A stretch of 63,299 nt of DNA, counting the filler. It is 5 parts of 5 records of this genome, joined end to end, with 100 filler letters (N's around TTAATTAATTAA, not from the genome) between each part and the next. Parts side by side here need not be neighbours in the genome. Positions count along the whole stretch, not along the records: positions 46,932 to 55,501 come from DRR378314_1157; positions 55,602 to 63,299 come from DRR378314_1159; 3 more parts are not named here. One strand, written 5' to 3'. Position 1 is the stretch's first letter, and each line of letters begins with the position of its first letter. Below, piece after piece: positions 52,546 through 63,299 of this stretch. Below the pieces are notes generated by a model. That model worked only from the letters and a program-made list of their open reading frames with translations. It was not told the DNA's origin and searched no databases. The position numbers and the translations under genes are program-made.

Positions 52546-53143
52546 ATGCAGAGTACTGTAGCGATTGTACGGCGCGGGTGCTCGACTGTCCCGGGTGCCT
52601 ACCGGCGGCTCCTGCGCGCTGCACGTATTGTATTCACCGGCGACGCGAAAACGCGAGATGCCGCATTCGTGCAGGCTCGCGCTGAATTCGAGCAGCACCG
52701 CACGGTCGAAAATGCCGAGGAGATAAAAAAGGTACAGGAAAGCGAAATGATATTGCAGCGGTCCCGGAGGAGCAAAGTGCATTGTGACACTCATGTCCGA
52801 GTCTTTATTTTTTGTTTTGCGCGCAAGTGCTTGCAGGGTGGTATATGTTGTCCCTGTGGTGCTGATGCGCGGTCGTGCGGCAACGTCGGTTTGCGGCGTG
52901 TGTGTGCGCGTGTTTTCAGAGCCGCACGTGCCGCCTGCTAACGCTCTGCTCTGGGCGCTGGCTCGCTTTTTTGTGGGTTTTCAGCTTGTTGTAGCGGCTG
53001 ATGAAGCTGCAGCATTCCTATTGGAAAATGTGCGACAAGCAGAAGTGGATAAATCAAGCAACAAAGCCTCTATTGAAGTACAGGAGCGCCATGTGAAGGA
53101 CACGCAGTGGGCGGAGGGCGTGCCGCTCAACCTCAAGCAGTGA
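52546..53143 (+). CDS. LYRM7: LYR-motif complex III assembly factor (LYRM7/MZM1), 2 exons
   Basis: AYRRLLRAARIVFTGD...ARAEF; intron 52732-52984; ADEAAAFLLENVRQA. Confidence 0.8.
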
Positions 53144-53626
53144 GGCGCCGAGGCCTTTCCGGTTGGGTTGCCGGAGCGGTTGCACAGCGCGCCACGTGCT
53201 CATGCTGTACGCTGCACCGTTCGGAAACGTCTCGTAGGGAGTACAACAATAACTCGTTGTTTTTTCTCGCATCTGCGAGATTGCATGCCTCTCGTCATGT
53301 GCTATACGGTCTTCGGTCCACTCCACCTGTTGCCTGTGAGTGCGGCTCGGCTTCTTTCGGCTTGTTCTGCTGCGGCCGGCTGCAGTGCCAACATACCACG
53401 CGTATGTGCGTGCGCGATAGCCTCAACGAAATGAATGCGTCCATATGACACTCGTGAAAGGAATATGCGAGTGCAGCTGGGGGACGGGAGGAAGGGAGGC
53501 GCAAAAATTACCATTCACTGTACACAGCATAAGACGGCGAAACGCGCCTGCAGTCGAGACCCCCACACTGGCTAGCTCGCACTTCTGCTACTTACGCTCC
53601 GAGCGCTCAACAATTTTCGGCATGCA

Positions 53627-55501
53627 TCAAAACACGGTTGGGGGTGTAAACATGGACATTCTGCGTGTAGCAAGCAAGAAAGCCGGCTCACTGTCTTCGG
53701 CATCATCCGCGTACACGGCGGCCTCATTGTCGTCGTACGCATATGGAGCGAAGCGCGACGGATCCTCATTATCGCGAGTTGCACGGTCGAGCGGTACATC
53801 TGACCATACCCGCCCGTCTGCACGATCGGCACCTTCATGCGGAAGGTCGTCTGCCTCTAAAGTTACACTATGAACCACAATGTCGCTCGTTCCAAGCGCA
53901 AGGTCGTTCATGACAATCGACCCTCTGCTCAGCGGTGCTGAGCTGCCTTGCGCACGGCGCCTGTCGCGCGCGCGCTGGATTTGCGCGACCGCGTCCAGAC
54001 GCGCGAGCCACAGGAGGATCCAGCATTGCACTCCCCACGCTAAGAAAAATATCACACCTGCCCTCCGGGAAATTAGTTCCATCACCAGCCCTGACGCTAA
54101 TGGAGACAAGAAGTGCCCTAGAAGCATTCCGGAGAATAGCTGAGCAGCTGAAGCAAGCGGCCGCGCAGCCGGGGGCACCGAGCCGAGCATGAGGCCAACA
54201 GCACCGGGGACAACAGCACCTCCGAGGAACAGCTCAAACCACAGTGGAATCATGTACCACCAGAGATTTGACACGAAAGCTGCGGGAAATCCAATGACCC
54301 ACGCTCCGAGCGCCAGAAATGTCAGAATCTACGGGGAGATAACCGTGCAAGAACGGAAAAAAGGCCATGCAAGCGATTGAAGACATGAAGGCAGAACACC
54401 TAGCCGGCTATACGGAACAATGTCTTGCACCGACAGCGTTGAACGGGCACATGCACCAGTCCACGTAGAGCCACAGAACTAAGTACCCATAAAATGCAAG
54501 AATATGCAAATCTCATCACTGTAAAGTGCTTATTTCTTTCATCGATCAAAGTCAGCGCGAATCCATTGGTTGGTGAAAATGCAAGGGGGGTGATCTTCTC
54601 AAGGCTGCGCCATTCACTTCCTGCCTCTGGCACGGAAGAGATATGGCACACTTGCCACTACATACACAGGAAATCACATTGTCGCAGCATAGGATCCATA
54701 CGTTGCCTCGTTCTGTTTTTTACATGATGTTTTAGAAAAAGGATCTTTAGAGATTTCGTCCTGCTGTGCCCAGGTTCGCGATAAACAAGGAAAAAGCTGG
54801 AAAATGACGACCGGAACAGCCTGATGGCGACCACGACGCACCTTGAGCGTACGCTTCCTGCCGTTTGGCCCCGCGTATCCACCTCGCTTATCAATGAACC
54901 ATCCACCAAACAACTGTATGATTATTCCAAGACGTATCACAAAACATCGTTTACATGAGACTGTTGCAGATGCACAGAATTTCAAAATGTGACACTATAG
55001 AACGCGAAGACAAACACATATGTGCAACGTGCAACCGGGGAGCATTGAATTCTCTCTGTCTTCAGGACCCAGAAACGCTCCTGTGAGTCAGCCACATCGT
55101 CTTAGAAAGCGAACAATCGCTATAAATCGTTGACCTAATGTACCGTAGTCAGTGGCGGGGGGAGGGAACCAACGATCTTTCTCTGCTGCAGAGTAGGGAG
55201 CTCAGACGCACCACGCCTAGCGTCGGACCCGTCGCAGTGACAATCGCGAAAAATGTGAGAACTTCCGATTTCTCGGCCTTGATCTCAGTCTGCAAGAAAT
55301 CTGTGCTCCAGTATTGAATTGAAGCTACAACGAAGTACAAGCTAGCAATCGCCAAAACCGTGAAGACAAAAATGCGGTTCTTTGCGAGCATTTTCATTCC
55401 TATAGGCTGCTTCGTTCCTCTTCCATCTCCAGCAGGCGACGCAGCAGCTGAACCCTTGCCCAGAGTTGCTTCCGGGAACGCGACAGCAGAAAGGTCAAAC
55501 A
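53627..55501 (-). CDS. MFS transporter, Spinster-like, multi-exon (5'-partial)
   Basis: NRIFVFTVLAIASLYFVVASIQYW, IVTATGPTLGV, FGGWFIDKRGGY, LWFELFLGGAVVP, LLGHFLSP. Confidence 0.8.
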
Positions 55502-55601
55502 NNNNNNNNNNNNNNNNNNNNNNNNNNNNNNNNNNNNNNNNNNNNTTAATTAATTAANNNNNNNNNNNNNNNNNNNNNNNNNNNNNNNNNNNNNNNNNNN
55601 N
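55502..55601. other. Artificial contig-joining spacer
   Basis: N-run, TTAATTAATTAA, N-run. Confidence 0.99.
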
Positions 55602-57675
55602 TATCACACCCTGAAATCTGGAGACCGCTAGGCCAGAGCCGAGCCCCGCGCCTGCTGCCGCGAAATCGCCAGCGGGCAAGGGCTTGCGCGCAGATAGAGA
55701 ACAGTTGTTTCTGACATCGAGCAAGCGCTAATTAGCAAGGCCTATTCCCAGCGCTACGGCACTGTGTTTCTCAGGGATTTTTCCCGAGCTTTGCTGCCTG
55801 TCTTTGCGTGCGGTACGTCCTCTACTCCTACCTTGACGAAGACCAGGAATGTGCTATTTTCGTCGCCATGAACAAACACGTGTACACGTAGATCGATGCT
55901 AGAGCTACAAACACGCAGACAGTACTCGGCGTTGTCTGGTATTTATTTTGAAAAGCGCTGTCGCGCTTCTACCGCTCTCGCGTCGTGATCGGGGAGAGTG
56001 GGGCACACACGGCTGGGACGCGTACCCACTCGGACGAACGCCAACCGCCTGCCTCTTTGCAGCGCCCACCCGCTGCCACGCAGACGCTCTTGCGCATCAA
56101 CCTCCCCTACCAACGCACCAAAGATTGTGGTTCACCACCGTAAAAGCTTTTTGCCACGTGTTGTGCTCACTCCACCGAGTTTTCTCCCAGCGAATAGTCG
56201 TTGCGACTCCCGGCAGGTGGGTTGGTGGCACGCCAATACACGAGCTGCAGCTTGCTAACGGTGTCGGCCCACCAATCGCACAACACTGTGCTCTGGGCAA
56301 GCCGCGGCGTAGCAGAAACGCGCTGTACTCTCCTCCCAAAGTTTTCCCCGATGTACACCAACTTGTTTTACCAGTGTCTCCTGTGTACGCGTGCGTTTAG
56401 CACCCGGTGCGCACAGATGAGAGCACTGTGTGCGCCGGCGAGTTGCTCCCAGTTTCCGGCGCGTTTCTCCTGGTTTCCGCGTAGCCTACCCATGGGACTG
56501 CGTTCTCTCGCTCGCACGCCGAGCTGTCGTGCCCCAACTATACAACCTCGTCCAGTGCGCATACTCAGAGCACAAACCTGCAAACGAAGGAGAAATTGCA
56601 GATACATAGATATCAGAAGTCTCGATACGATGTGCTATCTGGATGAATTCGTTGGGTAGGACTACCGTGCGCCTCTACTACCGCAAAACAGCACCTCGAC
56701 GGCAGGTGCAGGAGCAACGGTACAGCGTTTGCCGACCAGCAGCAACGCGCTGCAGCTTAGATGACCGCGCCTCCTATTCTGATGTTCAATCTTCATTATT
56801 CACGTATTTCACGGATCTAGCGGCTTGATGAATAGCATCATCAGACGCTACAGGCCCGGGCAGGGCAAAGCTGCATGCTCTGCCTTTCGTTCGTTCAGTG
56901 CGGCCTTGCTTAGGAAGTTTTCCACCAAAGTCTGTGTCCTACATAGCTGCACGCACGGGCACAGTCCTCCCTGCGCGCACAGAGTTGCGTTGCTGGCCGA
57001 GAGCGCGCCGTGGCCCCGTGCCAAGATACTGCCACTTCATGCGCCAGTACAGTGTGTCATAGCGCTTGCGTGCCGGATGTGCGGCAGAAGAATGTTTGGT
57101 CGCGGCGCCGTGCACAAAAGAACCGCTGCCGTACGCACGGGCACAGTCATCCCTGAGCGCACAGAGCTGCGTCGCTAGAGCCTTCGAACCAAACTCCAGG
57201 AGGGAGCTGCCGCATCATTTGCCAGCAGTCGAGGGTAGCAGCTCATTCTTTTGTCTATGTACCGACTTTGCAGCCTGCTGAAGAATGCGCATACCGACCG
57301 CAGCTTAGCGTCGGACATGGCTATGCCGCGCAGCTCGCCGGCCCTTGCGCGGCGCAGCCTTTTCTTTCTTCACCGCGCGTGGGCCCCCGCGCAGTGGCCG
57401 TAATGCTCTCATTTCGATGCATCCCTTCATTCCATGGATATATTTTCGCATTCCTACAGGAAAAGCGCGCGCGCTGCCTTTGAATGAACCGGACAGGAAC
57501 CGGGGAAGCCAACGTAGCTCGCCCTAAGTGCCTCGGCAAAGGAGTACAACCTTCGGCCGAATCGCCCCCGCTTACGCATACATCCGAGCGCAAGCCACTT
57601 TGCTGGTACATACAAACCCGCAGGGATTGTCATTGAGTACCCACTTTGCGCACATCGTATTACCTCTTCCCAGTC

Positions 57676-60600
57676 ATGGATACGCAGAATGAAAGGCATG
57701 CGTGTCCCAACCGCCGATTTTTCGACGCAGTATTGCGAAGGGACGATGCCAGCCTGCGAACAGACGACGAAGCGAAGCGCTTTCTCGCCGCCATGCTCGA
57801 GTTCCTCGACGAAGAAAAGAAGCAGCTTCTCCGACGCCTTACCAGCCCTGCCGAGAACGGAATGAAGCGTCTTGACGATACTGTCAACATGTTAGCTGAT
57901 GTGGAAGAATCTGAGCATGGACTGTGCGCATTTCTTGACCATCTGTGCGATGCGAGGCTTGAGGTCGGCCTCATGAGTCGACAGCTGGACAAGGTGCTTG
58001 CCCGCGTCCTCGAAGCTGCTGGGTTGGGCGAGCACCTGCTCGAGCTACTCCAGGAGAACCGCATTCCCGACCAAGGTCCCTTCGCATGGATGCTTCTACG
58101 TCTTTCGCGCCGAACGCATGACTTATTCGATAAGAACACCGTTTACAAAGATCTCGCCAAGCTACTTGCGCGTGGTGCAAACCGTTGGGCCTCCGCACTT
58201 ACCGCGCAGCTTGCTACTGCGGGGCTGATCGATTTGGCGCAGCGCGCCGGAGCTCAAACGCGACGGCAAGAGCATGACAATGATCATGCCGATTTCCGTC
58301 GCATTCAAATTATGCCCACCATGGAAGAAAGCATGCACGTGAACCCGTTGTTGCCCCCGTTCTCTGCTGTCCGCGCCTACAGCGGAGAGGGAGAGCACGG
58401 TACTGGCGGCCAGGCAGGGGCCAAGGCACAGTCTCTGCTCCGCGAAGAGCGATACCTGGACTGGCTCTTCCGTATGTACCGCGAAGACCTCGTAGGATCC
58501 ATTCGCGACACCCTGCGCGACTCGGACAAGTCGCATGTCCTGCAGTTTACATCAGTCCGCATTCTGGGCGTTGGCGTTGACGGGTCGCCTGCAGGGCCTA
58601 CGGTTCTCCGCGTGCGATTTTCGTTTCCTGACGACCATGCTCTCGCGCGCAGCAAGAGCGACAAAGAGCGCGCCAAGTATCTGCGGGCGCACTCGAAGCG
58701 TCTCCTTGCAAACAATACTCTGGTGTGCATCCGATTTCCTCGGCTCGCACACTTTTTTGGCAAAGTGCATCGAGTCGATTGGACTTCAGTGGAGCAGGAT
58801 CCTCGCAAAGGCATTGTGCTGCTGACAATGCCACCGGATCGCCTGACGCATGCTCTCACCGTGGCGTACAGCGCTACCGAGCGCGGTGTCATGCTGAACG
58901 CGCACGACGGGTATTTCGCGTACGAGCCTGTGCTGCACACGCTTCAAAACATGGTGGCCGTTCCCTTTGCCGACGAGCTTGTTCATGCGTGTGAGCCGCG
59001 CGAGCACGATGATGATGCCCGCGCCTGGCGCGCGCGCGAAGCTGAGCTCAGCGACCTCTTGGGGGACCTGGACGCTCAGCAGCAACAAGCGGTCGCGCGC
59101 GCAATGACGCAGCGCATCTCGCTGATCCAGGGGCCCCCCGGGACGGGCAAATCGTTTGTCGGAGCGCGTATTGCAACGCTGTTGCGTCGGCTGTTCCCCA
59201 AGGAGACGATTCATATCCTCTGTTATACCAACCACGCTCTCGACCAGTTCCTCGAGGAGTTGGTTGAGAGGGACATCAAGGACTTCGTACGACTCGGCTC
59301 TGGATCCAAGAGTGAAATTGCGCAGGGAAGTCGTCTGCCAAAGGCGGGTGGCAGCCTGCCTCACCATCTCCACAGGTACCGCGTCGAGCTCGAGCGAATG
59401 CGCGCGCGCTCGCAGGAGAATGTAATGGCGCTCGCTGAAGAGCTTCGCACGGCGATGGGCAACGACATTCCATTCGACGTTGCTGAGCCTTTCCTCTCTG
59501 CCGACGAGCGTGCAGCGTTCGACGCGCCGTTTCCACGGCAGCGCCAGCGAACACCCGCTCCCTCCGACAAGGCGCTGTGGTCGGACTGGTGTGCTGGGCG
59601 CCACTGGAAAGGCGCTGCGGAGCTGTCCGGTGCCGCTGCAGCAGTGTGGAAACTTTCGTTACGCGAGAGACGCGCTCGTCTGGAGCAGCTTCGAAAGGAG
59701 GAGCTCGTAGGGCCGATTTGCGAGGAGCTTGATCACGAACTCGCAAGCGTAGACGACCTTGCCGCCCAGCTCCGCGATCTCGAGAGCTTGCGCCAAGTGG
59801 AAACGTTGCAGCGCGTGCCGCTCATTGCAAGCACTGCCACGGGCGCGGCGATGCACCAATCTCTTTTCGCGCAGGCGCCACCGGCATTCGTCATCATTGA
59901 GGAAGCCGGTGAGCTCCTTGAGGCGCATATTGTGGCTGCGCTGAGCCGCACCAGCCGCAAGCTCATCATGATCGGCGACCATAAGCAACTCCGCCCCAAG
60001 TTGGATCAGTACCGGTTGCGCGTCGAGAGCGGAGCCGGTCACAACTTTGACATATCGCTGTTTGAGCGCCTAATCACGGCAAAGTATCCATACACAACGC
60101 TGTCGGTACAGTTTCGCATGCATCCGGATCTGTCGCGAGTGGTGCGCGAGATGACGTACCCGAATCTCGTCGACAGCGAGTATGTGCGCACGCGCGCCGC
60201 TGTCCCCATCCCGATGGCAACGCGCCTGGCGTTTGTGCACCACGACCACCTCGAAGCCAAGGCCGAGCGCGCCAATCTCTCCAAAGTCAATGAAGCGGAA
60301 GCCGATATTGTAATTCGCATTGTCCGGCATCTCGTGCTGCATGCCGATGGCGTGAACAGCAGCGTAGCCATTCTGACCCCTTATCTCGGCCAACTGCTGG
60401 TCCTGCGCGAGAAGCTGCAGAAACTCGACAGCGCGCTGACGGTAAGCGTCGGGCAGCGCGACATTGCGGATCTCGCGCGCAAGGGCCACGAACTGGCCTC
60501 TCGGCGCCGGGCGGAGACACACCTGCGGAGCAAAACAATACTACTTGCCACGATTGACAATTTCCAGGGCGAGGAAGCGGATGTCGTAGTCGCGTCGATG

Positions 60601-62217
60601 GTCCGGAGCAATGCACGGGGTGACATTGGATTCTTGAAAGAGCCAGAACGCGTCAACGTCCTCTTCTCGCGTGCACGATACGCTATGGTGTGCGTAGCCA
60701 ACGTGGACACCTTTTGCGAGAGCTCCAAGCGGCACCCTCAGAGCCCCTGGGCAAAGTTGCTCGCGGCAGTGAAGGATCGTGTCTTCCGTGGTCTACCTGT
60801 CCGATGTCAGGTGCATGGCAAGGTGGGCTTGGTGGCTTCGGAAGACGATTTTTCAGCCCTGTACGCACGGAACGGCTGTGCTCACGAGTGCTCTGTCGAT
60901 GATCCGGCGATGAAGGACCTTGTCGACAATGTCGCGCAAGGGCTGCAGCTCCACGATAGAGATGCAGAGATCGAGCACCGCGAGCGCACGTCATCAGATG
61001 AGCCGCATGTAGGCGCCCATGGCGCGGGGAACAGTGGAAAGCAGCGCGTCCGGGCGCGTGTGCCGACGGGCGATGCAGAGTGTGCGATCTCGCCACGAGG
61101 AAGCGAACATCTTCCAAAAGTAGAGACTGCCGCGGATTGTGCTGGCGTGTCATTCGAGAGTGATAAAGGCAGTTTCATAGATGGACGTTGCGTCGACAGT
61201 GTCGTAAAGTGGAACCGTACTGCCGAAGTCGAGACGGGTCTACACGCGGAGCAGCGTGATCGCAGGAGCGTGTCGCAAAGTGATGCGGCAAACGGCCTCC
61301 AGGCGGCACGCTCAGCCCAGCGCGCGGCAGCACAAGTGCCAGACGATACAAAACTTCGGTGGTCAGACATTGCGGACCAAATCAACGATGAAACCGAGAT
61401 TTGCGAAGGAGCGACAGCAAAAGTGTACCGCATTACGTACCGCGGCGAGAAGCTCGCGGTAAAACTGTCGCATCTAAGGCGCAATAACAAGAGAGACATC
61501 GACAATTTCTATCGAGAGGTGAAGACGATGCTGAAAGTCCCAGCGGATCCAAATGTTCTCCCGCTTCGCTTCGTAGTCGCCGACCGCAGCCACCTTGCTC
61601 TCTTGCTTCCTCTGGGAGAGCCGCTCGACGACGTTGCAGACGACGTCAGAGACGACCACAGTGCTCTTCTCCGTCTGCTTCTGGGTACTGCAAAGGGCTT
61701 GCTACATCTGCATAGCCATGACTGTATTCATCGTGATGTGAAAGCTTCAAACGTAATTGTGGTTGTCGACAAAGACGGCCGCTACGTTCCGAAAATTGCC
61801 GACTTTGGCGCAGCGAAGCTGATGCAGTCGCTTTCCCTCACCACGACAAGCACTGCCCGAACAGCTGCGTGCACGGTACTGTACGCTTCCCCGGAGCAAC
61901 TTCAGAAACCCGGCTCACGCACCTTCAATATTACATCCAAAAGTGACATGTGGGCATTTGGCAATCTGGTGAACGAAGTGTGGGACGGTGCACGCCCATA
62001 TGAAGATATGGGCCTGGTGGATGGCGCATATCTTCGCGAGCAGATTGCGACCGGTGCGCTTCGCCCCGCGCCCTCGGACGCCTTGCCACCCCAGCTACGC
62101 GATATGGTGGCTAAATGCTTTGAGCTAGATCCATCAGACCGACCTAGCGCCCGCGATGCCGTCCGAGTGCTGAGCGATGTCCTTGTTGGCTCTCCCGAGG
62201 ACATCATGGATGCTTAG
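57676..62217 (+). CDS. ZNFX1-like SF1 (Upf1-like) RNA helicase fused to a C-terminal protein kinase; uninterrupted ORF
   Basis: ZNFX1 signatures HDNDHADFRRIQIMPT, FRMYRED, LIQGPPGTGKSFVG, CYTNHALDQFLE, EEAGELLEAH, IGDHKQLRP, TIDNFQGEE, NVLFSRAR. Kinase motifs EGATAKV, LAVK, FYREV, HRDVKASN, DFG, YASPE, SDMWAFG. Confidence 0.92.
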   Translation: MDTQNERHACPNRRFFDAVLRRDDASLRTDDEAKRFLAAMLEFLDEEKKQLLRRLTSPAENGMKRLDDTVNMLADVEESEHGLCAFLDHLCDARLEVGLMSRQLDKVLARVLEAAGLGEHLLELLQENRIPDQGPFAWMLLRLSRRTHDLFDKNTVYKDLAKLLARGANRWASALTAQLATAGLIDLAQRAGAQTRRQEHDNDHADFRRIQIMPTMEESMHVNPLLPPFSAVRAYSGEGEHGTGGQAGAKAQSLLREERYLDWLFRMYREDLVGSIRDTLRDSDKSHVLQFTSVRILGVGVDGSPAGPTVLRVRFSFPDDHALARSKSDKERAKYLRAHSKRLLANNTLVCIRFPRLAHFFGKVHRVDWTSVEQDPRKGIVLLTMPPDRLTHALTVAYSATERGVMLNAHDGYFAYEPVLHTLQNMVAVPFADELVHACEPREHDDDARAWRAREAELSDLLGDLDAQQQQAVARAMTQRISLIQGPPGTGKSFVGARIATLLRRLFPKETIHILCYTNHALDQFLEELVERDIKDFVRLGSGSKSEIAQGSRLPKAGGSLPHHLHRYRVELERMRARSQENVMALAEELRTAMGNDIPFDVAEPFLSADERAAFDAPFPRQRQRTPAPSDKALWSDWCAGRHWKGAAELSGAAAAVWKLSLRERRARLEQLRKEELVGPICEELDHELASVDDLAAQLRDLESLRQVETLQRVPLIASTATGAAMHQSLFAQAPPAFVIIEEAGELLEAHIVAALSRTSRKLIMIGDHKQLRPKLDQYRLRVESGAGHNFDISLFERLITAKYPYTTLSVQFRMHPDLSRVVREMTYPNLVDSEYVRTRAAVPIPMATRLAFVHHDHLEAKAERANLSKVNEAEADIVIRIVRHLVLHADGVNSSVAILTPYLGQLLVLREKLQKLDSALTVSVGQRDIADLARKGHELASRRRAETHLRSKTILLATIDNFQGEEADVVVASMVRSNARGDIGFLKEPERVNVLFSRARYAMVCVANVDTFCESSKRHPQSPWAKLLAAVKDRVFRGLPVRCQVHGKVGLVASEDDFSALYARNGCAHECSVDDPAMKDLVDNVAQGLQLHDRDAEIEHRERTSSDEPHVGAHGAGNSGKQRVRARVPTGDAECAISPRGSEHLPKVETAADCAGVSFESDKGSFIDGRCVDSVVKWNRTAEVETGLHAEQRDRRSVSQSDAANGLQAARSAQRAAAQVPDDTKLRWSDIADQINDETEICEGATAKVYRITYRGEKLAVKLSHLRRNNKRDIDNFYREVKTMLKVPADPNVLPLRFVVADRSHLALLLPLGEPLDDVADDVRDDHSALLRLLLGTAKGLLHLHSHDCIHRDVKASNVIVVVDKDGRYVPKIADFGAAKLMQSLSLTTTSTARTAACTVLYASPEQLQKPGSRTFNITSKSDMWAFGNLVNEVWDGARPYEDMGLVDGAYLREQIATGALRPAPSDALPPQLRDMVAKCFELDPSDRPSARDAVRVLSDVLVGSPEDIMDA

Positions 62218-63299
62218 CGAGAACTGCTCACTCGCCTAGAATCCCGACGTTCCCCGCTAAGATTGCGTTGGAGGCGGTGCATCTGTCGTATTTGATGAGA
62301 TGCAATCTACCACTAGTTATCCAAGATCGTTAGTTTCCACTAAATGTGTACAAGGTGAAATAATAAAGGCTTGAGAACTGGAGCTTGACGTGGCGCGCAC
62401 TGTTGTCGTAGCGTGAGCTCGTTGCGGACGCCTGGTGCGAAAGAGCATGTGGACGTGCCGGCGGCGGAGAGCCACGCACCGCGTACACCTCCTCTCGATC
62501 GTGTCCCTTCCACGCAAAGATCGCCGCAAATCTGCACGCGCACAATTTCTGCTCTGTAAGTGGGCCGGGCTACTCTAGCCAAAGAATTCGTGGTACACGA
62601 CGACAAGCCAGCGAATCGGCTCAGATGTGGCTGAATTGCAATGTCATCCCAATCTTCTACCCCACACTGTGTGCTTGCTTTGGCACCACCAGTCGCTTTG
62701 GCTCCCCCCTCTTTTGTAGTTAAAGTGGCGCTGTGCTGTCAGACGTATACAAATGCGCCTTAACATGTACGTTTTGGCTCTTCGAGTACATGACGGAGTG
62801 GGATGGACTTGCGCAGGACTGGTGCTGCGACGAGTACTGTCACTGAAGTGCAAGCGCGTCAAACGGCGGAGCCAGATGGCCAAATTTGAGCTGCTGCTGG
62901 TTCGTCTCTCACAGTACAGTATTGCGGAAACACAATAGCATATTATATCAGCTGTACGTGCAGTTTGTGTAGCGGAGATCCGGTGCCGATCGATGAGGAA
63001 GAATCACTGCAATACGCCCAAACCAAGCCACATCCGAAACGGCTAGTGAATGCTGGGACGCCTACATTCACATCGCTTCGTTGACTACGGCATGTCCTCG
63101 CACAGTTTCGTAGAGCATACGTTGCATCCACATCGAGCTCATGCGACGCGAATATATAGCGCGGAAAGACAAGAAACAAAGTTCTGGGTCGCACAGCTCG
63201 ATCAGTGGTGTGGGATGGGTCTGCACAATGGAGAACTGCGAGTCAGGCGTCGAGTCGCACTGCCGCGTTCTATCCGTTGGCTCGAGCCAAAGGCGTGAG

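Noticed and set aside
30371-55501. Introner-like repeated introns
   Set aside because: I saw no shared sequence between introns beyond the splice signals. An all-versus-all alignment would be needed to exclude it fully.
55602-57675. Possible exons upstream of the helicase-kinase gene, and in 62218-63299
   Set aside because: Splice-like signals are present, but no recognisable protein could be assembled.

Overview
The window is not one replicon. It is five contigs joined by 100-nt artificial spacers (N44-TTAATTAATTAA-N44) at 11714-11813, 30271-30370, 46832-46931 and 55502-55601. Contig 1 (1-11713) looks like a marine Roseobacter-group alphaproteobacterium. It carries a LexA-controlled imuB-dnaE2 cassette with no imuA, a polar amino-acid ABC transporter, tpa, a DmdB-like acyl-CoA ligase, a DOPA-dioxygenase gene with a nonsense codon, and a maiA/VOC/FAD-monooxygenase cluster. 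Contig 2 (11814-30270) is another alphaproteobacterium, probably Hyphomonadaceae-like (inferred), with lepA, tsaD and a PQQ/heme-c dehydrogenase. Its left end has a small GIY-YIG nuclease gene enclosed by two CGTC-type palindromic REP doublets showing compensatory base changes. A GTAG-type REP pair and an AT-rich AbiJ/HEPN-like gene follow. Contigs 3-5 (30371-63299) are from an intron-rich microbial eukaryote (Exo70, DPH4, La, PIH1, syntaxin, RUN-Rubicon-homology protein, EVG1, G6PC-like PAP2, THOC7, LYRM7, Spinster). The last of these has an uninterrupted ~1513-codon ORF fusing a ZNFX1-type SF1 RNA helicase to an apparently intact protein kinase. The best novelty candidates are the REP-flanked GIY-YIG 'REPtron-like' unit and the ZNFX1-kinase fusion. 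All calls come from motif recognition by eye; no database searches were run.
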